IMG/VR virus record: IMGVR_UViG_3300044728_000033
Coordinates: 1-28,487 of that record
From: a virus
Lineage: Duplodnaviria > Caudoviricetes
Direction: 5' to 3' (one strand)
DNA: 28,487 nt
Shown here in pieces: positions 1 through 7,864 of the stretch (the stretch's first letter is position 1; each line of letters starts with the position of its first letter). Below the pieces are notes generated by a model, which was not told the origin of the DNA, made no database searches, and was given only the letters and a program-made list of their open reading frames with translations. The translations under genes were made by a program, and so were the position numbers.

Positions 1-489
1 GGAGAGAAGCTCGACGTACTCGCCGGGGTCGTTCGCCCAGACTGCGTTGGCGAGGTTGGGCGGCAGCGGCTTGCACCACTTCAGCATGATGGCGTTGCCC
101 CGTCGCTTGACTGCGAGGTCGGGGGCGAGCGCCAGGAAATCGAGCGCCGTCTCCAGCTTGCCCGGCAGGCCACGCGCACGAGCGAGGGCGGCCGTGCAGC
201 GGAACCGGTGCAGCGGCAAGTCGATGCCCAGGACCTCGCGCAGGATCAGCCGCTCGAATTGCGCGTTCCAGGCGTGGACCTCGACCTCGTGGTTCTTCAG
301 GGAGCGAGCGAGTGCCGACGGCATCGGCGTCCCAGAGGCGGCCGCCCAGTATTTGACGGGCGCATCGCCGAAGGCGTAGGCAGCGCAGAGGACTGAGGTC
401 GAGGGGTGGCGGGCGTAGACATACGCGCCAGCCTCTTGCAGATCGCACTCGGAGCGAGTCTCGAAATCGAGGTGCAGCGGCAGGGTCAT
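1..489 (-). CDS. Phage family-A DNA polymerase, N-terminal 3'-5' exonuclease region (runs off the left edge)
   Basis: Manual translation from ATG at 489 gives MTLPLHLDFETRSECDLQEAGAYVYARHPSTSVLCAAYAFGD...VHAWNAQFERLIL...RCTAALARARGLPGKLE. The ExoI (DFET) and ExoII (HAWNAQFE) motifs are typical of SPO2/APSE-type phage PolA. Not in the supplied ORF track because it is truncated. Confidence 0.9.
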   Translation of the reverse strand, partial: MTLPLHLDFETRSECDLQEAGAYVYARHPSTSVLCAAYAFGDAPVKYWAAASGTPMPSALARSLKNHEVEVHAWNAQFERLILREVLGIDLPLHRFRCTAALARARGLPGKLETALDFLALAPDLAVKRRGNAIMLKWCKPLPPNLANAVWANDPGEYVELLS

Positions 490-558
490 GGGTGCCAATT
501 CCAAAATTGAAAAAATCGACTTACGGTCAGGGGTGTAGCCTGGGGCTGAATTCCCCGT

Positions 559-590
559 AACGAAATGGGCCAGGGGTGAGCCCTGGCCCA
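559..590 (-). terminator. Probable intrinsic terminator after the SSB-like gene
   Basis: Stem TGGGCCAGGG/CCCTGGCCCA (566-590), followed on the minus strand by TTTCGTT, just after the stop at 597. Confidence 0.6.
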
Positions 591-596
591 GGTGGC

Positions 597-1265
597 TTAC
601 GACGCCCGGCGTGCCTTGGCGGCCTGCTTGGCGGGGCTCGTCTTCTTGGCGGCGACCTTCTTGGCCGGAGCGACCGGTGCGGGCTTCTCGGCGGCGGCCG
701 CCGGGAGGTCCTTGTGCCACTTCACGATGGTGAAGACCGGGGTGTAGATGCGGCCGAAGGTCTTGTTCTTGTGCTTGTAGCTGTCGCACGAGAGCGAGAC
801 TTCGGCGATCATCTTCTCCGGGTCCCTGTGGTACTGGGCGAGGTACTCCTCGGCCAGGGCGGCGAAGGCGTTCAGGCCGCCCACCGACGTGGTCGAGTAG
901 ACGAGCTTCTCGCCAGCCAGCAGGACCGACATCCCGCGCACCTCACCCCAGGGGCGGCCGTTTTCCGGCACCTTGGCCGGGCGGTCGGGCAGGGGCTGGT
1001 CCATGCCAGCGATGATGTCGCCGAGAAGCTCGGACTGCACGCCAGCGAGGTCGGTGTCGGCCCAGCACTGCCAACCGTGGACGAAGCCGTTGGGGTTGAC
1101 GAAGACGTGGTCGTCCTCGGTCACCTCCGTCTCGTCGGAGCCATAGCTCCAGGCTCCGTCCTTGCCCATCTTCAGGAAGCCGACCCGCGTCGAGGCGGCC
1201 CGCTTCATGTTGGTGATGACGGTCGCGGCAAACTTGCTCGCGTCGAATTTGACTACTTCACCCAT
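597..1265 (-). CDS. Putative ssDNA-binding/annealing protein
   Basis: 222 aa, lying between the exonuclease and polymerase genes where such phages carry their SSB. Aromatic beta-rich core (FLKMGKDGAWSYG, GRIYTPVFTIVKW), Lys/Ala-rich tail, good RBS (AGGAG). Confidence 0.55.
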   Translation of the reverse strand: MGEVVKFDASKFAATVITNMKRAASTRVGFLKMGKDGAWSYGSDETEVTEDDHVFVNPNGFVHGWQCWADTDLAGVQSELLGDIIAGMDQPLPDRPAKVPENGRPWGEVRGMSVLLAGEKLVYSTTSVGGLNAFAALAEEYLAQYHRDPEKMIAEVSLSCDSYKHKNKTFGRIYTPVFTIVKWHKDLPAAAAEKPAPVAPAKKVAAKKTSPAKQAAKARRAS

Positions 1266-1267
1266 GA

Positions 1268-2398
1268 CTATCTCCTGTGTTTCAAAAGTGCAAGGTTTGC
1301 CATCAGCGGTGCCATCGGCTCTGCTTCAGACTTCAAGGCCACGAGAGGAGCCTGGGGGTTGCCCTTGCTCTTCACGAGGTTCGAGCCGGAGGATACAGCA
1401 ACGATGCATGCTGTCAACTCCTCGGGCATGTTCTTGTGCGCCTTCTCGGCCATCGCAGGCGACATGAGCTTGTCCTGCCAGATTTTGATGCGGCGGCGGC
1501 GGGCGATCTCCAGCACCTTGTCCTCGTCGACCCACTGGCGCGTGGCACGCTTGGGCTTCAACTCGTAGCCGGGGATCGGGTGACCGGACGACGCGAGGTC
1601 GTGCGCCACCTCGCGCAGCGAGTCGAGCCACTGCTGCATCAGGTCGGCCTTGTCGAGCCAGCCAGCCAGCCTCTCGGGCCGAAGCTCGCGGACGACGACC
1701 GGCAACGCCTCGACGACGTGGCCCATGAGCTTGGGGCAGACCGGCTTGGCCTTGCAGAACCGGCAGTGCTCGCCGGGCACGAGGTCGAAGGAGCCTGCCA
1801 GGGCAGCGCGGATGGCAGCCTCGGCCTTGACGCCCCAGGCCAGGACGAAGGTGCTGGTCGTCTCCCAGGACTTGACCGGCTTGGCCTCGTCGGGCGGCTG
1901 CACGATGGTCAGCGTGACCCCCTTGGGCATCGGAAGGTCGAACCGCTTGCGCTTGAGCAGGACCATGTAGGCATAGGCCAGCAACTGGTCGTTCTCCTCG
2001 GGCTCGACCATGATGCCAGCCCCGGTCTTCAGGTCGACCACCTCCAGCCACTCGTCGTCGATGGCGATCAGGTCGGGCGTGCCGAAGAGGAGGTCGGAGT
2101 GCTCGACCCGCTCCTCGATGCGGACGACGCCGCCGCTCTTCTTGTACGCCTTCAGCACCTTGGCCGCGTGGCCCAGGTAGGGCAGCAGGAAGGCATGGTC
2201 GGCGGGGTCGACCACGCCGCCGGGGAAGTAGTCCTTGGTGCCGCGCAGGATCGCGGCCGCGACGTCGTGCAGGCGGGTGCCCTCGGCGGCGTAGGCACTA
2301 TCGGGTGCCTCGGGCAGTTGGAGCCCCAGGCCGAAGGACCCGGTGCAGGTAAGCCAGCGGGTGGCGCTGGAGGGGGCGAACGGTGCGTGCGTTGACAT
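1268..2398 (-). CDS. Cas4-like PD-(D/E)XK exonuclease (DUF2800 family)
   Basis: Probable start MSTHAPFAPSSATRWLTC. Motifs AAEGTRLH, FGTPD, VVDLKTG, NDQLLAYA and the C-terminal Cys cluster HCRFCKAKPVCP. Confidence 0.85.
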   Translation of the reverse strand: MSTHAPFAPSSATRWLTCTGSFGLGLQLPEAPDSAYAAEGTRLHDVAAAILRGTKDYFPGGVVDPADHAFLLPYLGHAAKVLKAYKKSGGVVRIEERVEHSDLLFGTPDLIAIDDEWLEVVDLKTGAGIMVEPEENDQLLAYAYMVLLKRKRFDLPMPKGVTLTIVQPPDEAKPVKSWETTSTFVLAWGVKAEAAIRAALAGSFDLVPGEHCRFCKAKPVCPKLMGHVVEALPVVVRELRPERLAGWLDKADLMQQWLDSLREVAHDLASSGHPIPGYELKPKRATRQWVDEDKVLEIARRRRIKIWQDKLMSPAMAEKAHKNMPEELTACIVAVSSGSNLVKSKGNPQAPLVALKSEAEPMAPLMANLALLKHRR

Positions 2399-2406
2399 GG
2401 TGGCTT

Positions 2407-2874
2407 TCAGTGGTGGGGGGTGGACTTGTGGCCGCTGCGGTCCTCGACCAGGGTCAGCGGTCCTGCGCCGCAGCAGCAGGAGGGCTTGCCGACCCGGAGC
2501 CACTTGTTGGTGGTCCGCACGTTGTAGCCGCAGGAGGGGCACTGGAGCTTGACCAGCCGGGTGCTCTGGCGGGCGAGCCCAGGGACCCGCTGCTGGTTCT
2601 TCAGCGGCCGCAGCTTGACGATCAACTGGTTCCGAAGGTCCTCGGCCTGCTTGTCGGTCAGGCGTTCACTCAGCCGCAGGGTCCTGACCTTCACACCGCT
2701 GTCGATGGCGGCACCCAGGTCGACGTGCCAGGGGCGCACCGAAGGGTGCGCGGGGTCGGTGCGGGCGATCTCGGCGATGCGCAAGTGGTCGCCGTCGCTC
2801 CAGTTCGATCCCTTGCCGACGTACCAGAGGGCACCGCCGACGACGATCTTGTAGACATAGCAGGAAGGGTTCAC
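2407..2874 (-). CDS. GIY-YIG-like protein with C-terminal zinc ribbon
   Basis: CYVYKI...WYVGKG...R...AEDLRNQLI...PLKN resembles a GIY-YIG/LEM-3-like core. C-terminal CPSC...CCC. GTG start. Confidence 0.55.
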   Translation of the reverse strand: MNPSCYVYKIVVGGALWYVGKGSNWSDGDHLRIAEIARTDPAHPSVRPWHVDLGAAIDSGVKVRTLRLSERLTDKQAEDLRNQLIVKLRPLKNQQRVPGLARQSTRLVKLQCPSCGYNVRTTNKWLRVGKPSCCCGAGPLTLVEDRSGHKSTPHH

Positions 2875-2892
2875 GATTTAAATCCTCAGGGT

Positions 2893-2979
2893 TCAGTTGC
2901 AGCTATTGCTCAGGCACAGGAAGAGCGAGATCGCCAGCCAGATGCCGCCGATCAGGAGCCAGACGAGTGCGCGCTTCAC
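2893..2979 (-). CDS. Small membrane peptide (28 aa)
   Basis: GTG start overlaps the upstream stop. VKRALVWLLIGGIWLAISLFLCLSNSCN is one hydrophobic helix. Confidence 0.45.
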   Translation of the reverse strand: MKRALVWLLIGGIWLAISLFLCLSNSCN

Positions 2980-3296
2980 AGGTCCCGCCGCTTGCGCCAG
3001 ACCGGCACCTCGTTGGCGTGCCGGTCGGGCTCGGTCGACTTGACGTACTCGCCGGTCTTGACGATGGTCTTGCCCTTGGCGATGCCGCTGAAGACCGCGC
3101 CCCAGACGTTGGGGTGGTGGGGCTCGCCCAGGCCGCGCTCGCGGGCGTCGAGCTTGCAGTCTTCGCCGGTGAACCCGTTGGGGTGGCGGTCCATGTAGGC
3201 GGCGTAGAAGCCACGGCAGCGGGCGTGCCACTCGTCAGGCGTGCTGGCAAGGACACGCTCCATGCCGTCTTCCTTGCGTTGCTCTCCAGTCGACAT
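2976..3296 (-). CDS. Hypothetical phage protein (possible winged helix)
   Basis: 106 aa with a GGAG RBS. Contains PHHPNVWGAVF...H...VPVW and packs tightly with its neighbours. Confidence 0.7.
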   Translation of the reverse strand: MSTGEQRKEDGMERVLASTPDEWHARCRGFYAAYMDRHPNGFTGEDCKLDARERGLGEPHHPNVWGAVFSGIAKGKTIVKTGEYVKSTEPDRHANEVPVWRKRRDL

Positions 3297-3321
3297 CGTC
3301 AGGCTCCAGTAGGTTAGATGG

Positions 3322-3346
3322 GAGCCGGAGGGTACACCTCCGGCTC
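3322..3346. other. Intergenic 10-bp stem-loop
   Basis: GAGCCGGAGG-gtaca-CCTCCGGCTC directly after the SprT-like stop, with no U-tract. Confidence 0.5.
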
Positions 3347-3354
3347 TCGGGTTG

Positions 3355-3933
3355 TCAACCGACCTGCACGCCCTCCTCGGCGTGGCAGATCGGGCAGGAC
3401 ATCTCGCCGACGACGGCGTCGACCATCTTCTGGGTCAGACGCCAGAGCGCGCCGCAGTCGCTGCACTCGCACTTCAGCATCCGGGTCGGCTGCTTCTTGC
3501 GGCTCGACAGGTCGAGCGTGCTGTGCGGGAACTTGCCGACCTTGGCGATGACGGCGTTGGCGATGGCGCTCGACAGGGCTTCGGGAAGCTCCATCTGGGT
3601 CGGCTTGCCGGTCAGCCCCAGGCTCTTGCCGATGGCGACGAAGGCCGCCTTGTGGCCGCTCTTGCAGTCGTCGATGGCGTGGGCAAGCTCGTGCGCCAGG
3701 ATGCTGACGACGCGGGCCGGGTCGGCGATCTTGGGCGAGATGAAAATCTCGTTGATGCCAGCCTTCGACATCTTGCGCGCCCAGCACTCGCCGATGCGCT
3801 TGCGGGCCGATCCGCCGCCCGGCCAGGAGCAGGACACCTTGACCGGCGGGAACGTGACCGATGGGTTGGCCTGGGCGATGGCGACGACGGCGGCTTCGAG
3901 CCACTGCTCGCGGGTGATGAGGGCTTGTGTCAT
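3355..3933 (-). CDS. SprT-like zinc metalloprotease with C-terminal zinc ribbon
   Basis: IGECW...EIFISP...ILAHELAH (HExxH)...GHKAAF, then CSDC...CPIC. Confidence 0.8.
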   Translation of the reverse strand: MTQALITREQWLEAAVVAIAQANPSVTFPPVKVSCSWPGGGSARKRIGECWARKMSKAGINEIFISPKIADPARVVSILAHELAHAIDDCKSGHKAAFVAIGKSLGLTGKPTQMELPEALSSAIANAVIAKVGKFPHSTLDLSSRKKQPTRMLKCECSDCGALWRLTQKMVDAVVGEMSCPICHAEEGVQVG

Positions 3934-3964
3934 TTCAGGGTCCGGTTGGTGGAGGAGAGCCTCT

Positions 3965-3994
3965 ATTGTAGACCCAGGCTTTAAATCTTCACAA
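3965..3994 (-). promoter_or_regulatory. Putative sigma70-type early promoter
   Basis: Minus strand TTGTGA-N18-TACAAT upstream of the SprT-like gene. Confidence 0.45.
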
Positions 3995-4193
3995 CGACCG
4001 TCTGTCGGTTTAGTCGACGGACGTCGGCTTCGAGGTTGCGCAGGCCACGGTAGTCGGAGGGGGTCTTGGCGCTGGTGTAGCAGGCACCGGACGCCAGGAC
4101 CAGCCGGAGGTGCCCGGCGTTGGTGCAGACCTTCTCGACGACGAGCCCCTCGCGCTCCAGGCGCTTGATGATCTGGTTCATGTCCTTCTTCAT
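3981..4193 (-). CDS. HicA-like small protein
   Basis: 70 aa. The pattern helix-G-x-V...GHLRL...TPSDYRGLRNLEADVRR matches the phage HicA-like dsRBD fold. Confidence 0.5.
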   Translation of the reverse strand: MKKDMNQIIKRLEREGLVVEKVCTNAGHLRLVLASGACYTSAKTPSDYRGLRNLEADVRRLNRQTVVVKI

Positions 4194-4378
4194 TTGGAAT
4201 TCCCCGTAACGTAATCGCGCTTTGCGGGAGCCTGGGGCTTGGTGGCCTTGGCCTTTCGGCGGGCCAGCATGCGGCTGAATTTGGCGAGGCTTTCCAGGGC
4301 TAGCTCGCGCCGGGTCGGCCGGGGCTCGTCGAGGTCGATGTCCCAGTCCATGAAGTCGAAGTAGTCCTCGGCGCTCAT
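4190..4378 (-). CDS. Hypothetical protein
   Basis: Probable start MSAEDYFDF overlaps the upstream stop (ATGA), and the stop overlaps the next start. Confidence 0.6.
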   Translation of the reverse strand: MSAEDYFDFMDWDIDLDEPRPTRRELALESLAKFSRMLARRKAKATKPQAPAKRDYVTGNSK

Positions 4379-4608
4379 CGCTTGCCCCTGGCGGCCTTCT
4401 TGGCCTTCTTCGCTGCCCACATCCTGGCCTTGACCGCGCCCTGGTAGATCGCGGCGATGTCGACCTCCTCGCGCTGGCGCAGACCCTTGCAGCGCAGGAC
4501 GAGCAGGGGGCCGTCGAGCGTGGCGATGATCTGCCGGTAGCCCTTGTCGCGGGTGTAGGCCAGGGTCAGCCGGGTGACCGGCTTGGTGGTGTCGGTGAGG
4601 CTGCTCAC
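4375..4608 (-). CDS. Hypothetical basic protein
   Basis: GTG start (VSSLTDTTKPVTR...) with GGAGG RBS, 4-bp overlaps at both ends. Confidence 0.6.
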   Translation of the reverse strand: MSSLTDTTKPVTRLTLAYTRDKGYRQIIATLDGPLLVLRCKGLRQREEVDIAAIYQGAVKARMWAAKKAKKAARGKR

Positions 4609-4874
4609 GGCACCTCCGGGGCGTCGATGATCTCGACCACCTCGGGCTCCAGCGGATTGAGGCAGGGGGCTGCCCGGTCGGCGAAGAAGAAGACGACCGG
4701 CTTGGTGTGGCACAGGTTCTGGAACCGCCGCAGGTACTCGGCGGTCGCCATGCCAGGGAACCAGAGCGGCGCGGCGAAGAGGTCCTCGTGGCTGCGCCAG
4801 TTGGGGTCGAGCAGGTTGGCCTGTCGGCGCACGCACTGCTCCTTGAAATTCTTCAGAGCCTTGGACTGCTTCAC
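4605..4874 (-). CDS. Hypothetical protein
   Basis: 89 aa, translationally coupled to both neighbours. Confidence 0.6.
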   Translation of the reverse strand: MKQSKALKNFKEQCVRRQANLLDPNWRSHEDLFAAPLWFPGMATAEYLRRFQNLCHTKPVVFFFADRAAPCLNPLEPEVVEIIDAPEVP

Positions 4875-5200
4875 AGGTCCTCTCCCGCGTCGGTCTGGCG
4901 GTTCGCCTCGCGGCCGATGGCCTGCTGCAGGGCGCGCTTGGCTTCCTGCTCCTCCATGAAGGCGTCGATGGCCTGCTGGCGGGCCAGGATGTGCGACGTC
5001 GTGTGGATGTCGGCATCGCGCAGCCCCAGGCCATTGCCCTGGGCTTCGCGGATGGCGCGGCCGACCATCGACTGGTAGATCGCCTGGGCTCGGATCGTCT
5101 TGGCGTCGGCCAGGGCGGCTCGGAGAGCGTGCTGGGCGAGCTTGGCCTGGGCTTCCGCCTTGGCGGCTTCCTTGGCGAGGTTGGCGGGGTGGTGGTTCAT
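4871..5200 (-). CDS. Hypothetical Ala-rich helical protein
   Basis: 109 aa, preceded by the conserved CTGGAGCTACACC start motif. Confidence 0.7.
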   Translation of the reverse strand: MNHHPANLAKEAAKAEAQAKLAQHALRAALADAKTIRAQAIYQSMVGRAIREAQGNGLGLRDADIHTTSHILARQQAIDAFMEEQEAKRALQQAIGREANRQTDAGEDL

Positions 5201-5219
5201 GGTGTAGCTCCAGAGTGAA

Positions 5220-5235
5220 GCCCCCCGGAGGGGGC
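5220..5235 (-). terminator. Possible weak terminator or stem-loop
   Basis: Minus strand GCCCCC-TCCG-GGGGGC (UNCG loop) followed by TTCACT, after the DUF6011 stop. Confidence 0.4.
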
Positions 5236-5242
5236 GTGGTGG

Positions 5243-5932
5243 TCAGAAATACTTGGCGGCGCAGATCGGGCCGATGCCGCGCTCGATGGACTCAGGGTCG
5301 GTCAGGTCGCGGCCGCAGATCGAGCAGTTGCCGCTGGCCTTGCCGTACAGGACGGCGGCGCGCTCCGGGTCTTGGTCGATGGCGAGGAGTTGGGTGGTCA
5401 GGTCGCCCAGGTCGACCATCGGACGCTGCCACAGGGTCAGCACGCCGCGCTCGATCTTGCCGACGACCTTCTCGACGCCCTCGACCTTGATCCAGCACAG
5501 GCTGTCGCCGTTCTTGCGGGCGATGGTCAGGCCGTCGAAGCGGAGCTTGGCGAGGCGCTGCATCAGGTCGAAGAGCTTGTTCAGCGTGATGACGGCGGCG
5601 ACAGGCTCCGGGGCGGGCGCAGCGACCGGCGGGCGGACGGTGGCCTCGATGACCGCGCTGTAGGGCTTCGGCAGGCTCCAGGCGATGAGCTTGGCGGCGT
5701 AGCCCGCTTGCTTCTCCGAGACGAACGAGCCGAACCGGTCGAGCTTGTCGGCCATGTCGAAGCAGGTGTCGGCCTTGCCGTCGGCGAACTGGTCGTGGCG
5801 CTTCAGCCAGCGGTTGCCTGCCTCGCGCAGGGCGACGGCGGTGACGGTCGTCTCGACCATCGGGATCGCAGCCGGGGCGGCGGCGGTCGGCATAGCTGGG
5901 CGGGTGGCGAAGTGGGCGGGATCGAATCGCAT
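5243..5932 (-). CDS. DUF6011-domain protein
   Basis: C-terminal CSICGRDLTDPESIERGIGPICA is the characteristic zinc-binding DUF6011 signature. Confidence 0.8.
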   Translation of the reverse strand: MRFDPAHFATRPAMPTAAAPAAIPMVETTVTAVALREAGNRWLKRHDQFADGKADTCFDMADKLDRFGSFVSEKQAGYAAKLIAWSLPKPYSAVIEATVRPPVAAPAPEPVAAVITLNKLFDLMQRLAKLRFDGLTIARKNGDSLCWIKVEGVEKVVGKIERGVLTLWQRPMVDLGDLTTQLLAIDQDPERAAVLYGKASGNCSICGRDLTDPESIERGIGPICAAKYF

Positions 5933-5971
5933 GATGAGCTTCCAGGGTTGTGGTGGGGACTGACAGGAGAG

Positions 5972-6000
5972 ATTCTCCTCCTGTAGCCTGGGGCTGTGTA
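5972..6000 (-). promoter_or_regulatory. Putative early promoter
   Basis: Minus strand TACACA-N17-GAGAAT. It aligns with the 7865-7893 promoter, sharing the CCCCAGGCT spacer and the downstream CCTGTCAG. Confidence 0.5.
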
Positions 6001-6067
6001 TACCGTTCGTCGGGTTAGTCGAAGAGAATGGAATTCCCAGTGACGTTAATCGACTGGGAACCCCTGG

Positions 6068-6259
6068 CTACATCGCCTTCAGAACGGCCAGGGCGACCGC
6101 CAGGACGACGATGACGCCGACCCAGACCCGGAAGATCGTCCGCCTGGGAATGCGGGGTCCTTCGATGGCGCAGGCGTAGTGCGTGTCGGGCACTTGCTCG
6201 CCCATGCGACGGGAGAAGCGGACCCCGGTGCCGGAGTCGTGAAGGGTTGCGGTGGTCAT
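6068..6259 (-). CDS. Small membrane-anchored protein
   Basis: 63 aa with a C-terminal TM segment VWVGVIVVLAVALAVL. Confidence 0.65.
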   Translation of the reverse strand: MTTATLHDSGTGVRFSRRMGEQVPDTHYACAIEGPRIPRRTIFRVWVGVIVVLAVALAVLKAM

Positions 6260-6456
6260 GGCTTCTCTCCAGTGTGGGGGTTGATGTCGGCCCTGGCCTT
6301 GTAGATGCGCTCGGCCTGCTCCCAGGCGTCGAGGGCGATCTCGGCCTGCCGGATGCGCTCCTGCTCTTCGAGGTGGTCGGCCCAGGGAGCGAGGACGAAG
6401 AGGTAGAGCAGCACCAGCACCAGCACGATGGGCAGGACGAGCCAGAGGGCGCTCAT
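6256..6456 (-). CDS. Small membrane-anchored protein
   Basis: 66 aa with an N-terminal TM segment, coupled by 4-bp overlaps. Confidence 0.65.
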   Translation of the reverse strand: MSALWLVLPIVLVLVLLYLFVLAPWADHLEEQERIRQAEIALDAWEQAERIYKARADINPHTGEKP

Positions 6457-6668
6457 TGCCGCCCCCTGCGGACGCTGCCGCCGCCGGTCAGGCGGATGGT
6501 GTTCTGCAGCTTCTCGCGCTCCCTGGCGAGGTGCTCGGGGCTCGGCGTGTAAATCGCGCCTCGCTTGACCGGGTTGCGGCAGGCGTTGACGATCCAGGCC
6601 AGCAAGGCCAGGAGCAGCAGCGGCCAGACGGCCCAGAGGGTGGCGAAGATGTAGGCGATGAGGTCCAT
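6453..6668 (-). CDS. Small membrane-anchored protein
   Basis: 71 aa with an N-terminal hydrophobic helix. Confidence 0.65.
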   Translation of the reverse strand: MDLIAYIFATLWAVWPLLLLALLAWIVNACRNPVKRGAIYTPSPEHLAREREKLQNTIRLTGGGSVRRGRQ

Positions 6669-6669
6669 G

Positions 6670-6879
6670 TCAGTCCCTGAAGATTTCGATGCGGTCGACC
6701 AGCTTCTCGATCTGCTGCAGCCGCACGATCTCCATGAGAGCGCACTGGCGGCCCGAGATGTAGGGCTGCGAGAAGCAGTCGGGCGTGTGGCTCTTCAGCG
6801 CGGCGAAGAGGGCTTCCCAGGTCGCCTCGATCCCGCGCAGTCGCGTGTACTCGTGGGTGCTGATAGTGGTCATGCTCAT
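6670..6879 (-). CDS. Hypothetical protein
   Basis: 69 aa, preceded by the CTGGAGCATCACC start motif. Confidence 0.65.
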   Translation of the reverse strand: MSMTTISTHEYTRLRGIEATWEALFAALKSHTPDCFSQPYISGRQCALMEIVRLQQIEKLVDRIEIFRD

Positions 6880-6903
6880 GGTGATGCTCCAGGCTGGTGG
6901 TGG

Positions 6904-7506
6904 TCAGTCGATGTTGGCGATGATGCTGCGTGCGATCTCGTCGATGTACGTCTCGTAGAAGTCGTCCTTGTCCTCCTCCTCCTTGTAGTCGTCGGGGTAC
7001 TCCTCGCGGGCGCTGGCCTTAGCGTCGGTCAGCAGCGGCTTCAGCAGCTTGCGCAGGGCGAGGTTGCGAGCCTTCTCGGTGGCAGCGCCAAGCTCCTGGG
7101 CGCAGAACACCGACAGGCGGCCGCCGACCTCCTCGCCGACCTCGGACCAGACCCGGTACTCCCACCGGAACAGGTCGAGGTCGAATGCCTCGCGGATCGC
7201 CTGGACGACGTAGTGCGACTCGGCCTTGCGGACGTTGCGCGCTCGCTCCTCGACGATGGCCTTGCTGGCCTGGGCAGCCGCCTTGTCGTTCTCCTTCTGC
7301 CGGTAGGCGGCGAAGGCGACGATGCTCTCGACGTTGCCGTAGGAGCAGTTGGAGCGGACCCAGACCTCGGGGTCCTTGGTCGGCTGCAGCGGGTACACCG
7401 ACAGGCCGAACTTGGCCGCCTCGTACTCGTACCGCTCGGTGCGCTCCAGGCTCTTGCCAGGGCTCGCCTCGATGGGCGACTTGAGGGTCAGGGAGATGCG
7501 TTGCAT
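6904..7506 (-). CDS. Hypothetical protein with acidic C-terminus
   Basis: 200 aa, preceded by the CTGGAGCTTCACC start motif. Tail EEYPDDYKEEEDKDDFYETYIDE. Confidence 0.75.
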   Translation of the reverse strand: MQRISLTLKSPIEASPGKSLERTERYEYEAAKFGLSVYPLQPTKDPEVWVRSNCSYGNVESIVAFAAYRQKENDKAAAQASKAIVEERARNVRKAESHYVVQAIREAFDLDLFRWEYRVWSEVGEEVGGRLSVFCAQELGAATEKARNLALRKLLKPLLTDAKASAREEYPDDYKEEEDKDDFYETYIDEIARSIIANID

Positions 7507-7521
7507 GGTGAAGCTCCAGGG

Positions 7522-7827
7522 TCAGAAGGTGAAGGTCATGCCGAAGGCGCGCTTGCCCTTGAACTGCTTGTACGAGTTGGGGGCCATCTTGACCTCCAGG
7601 CCGCCGCGCTTGCCGACCGCGACCAGCCAGTATTCGCGGGAGACGGCGCGCAGCAGGTTGCCCTCGCCCAGGGCGGTCATGTCGGTTTCGCCCCTGATCC
7701 AGAGGGTGCCGTAGCTCGTGGCTTCGACCGAGAAGAAGGCGGCATCGCCGCGCTCTGGGTGCGGGTCGACGTTGCGCTGGACGTGGTTGGTGAAGAGTCG
7801 GGCGGCGCGGGCTTGCGAGGGGTTCAT
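7522..7827 (-). CDS. Hypothetical protein
   Basis: Probable start MNPSQARAAR, downstream of the promoter at 7865-7893. Confidence 0.65.
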   Translation of the reverse strand: MNPSQARAARLFTNHVQRNVDPHPERGDAAFFSVEATSYGTLWIRGETDMTALGEGNLLRAVSREYWLVAVGKRGGLEVKMAPNSYKQFKGKRAFGMTFTF

Positions 7828-7864
7828 GCGTTGGGCTCGGTGGTGGCGGGGTCTGACAGGGCGA

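Noticed and set aside
1268-2398. Cas4-like nuclease as evidence of a CRISPR-Cas system
   Set aside because: No other cas genes or repeat-spacer array are present. Solo Cas4-like/DUF2800 nucleases are standard next to phage SSB and PolA.
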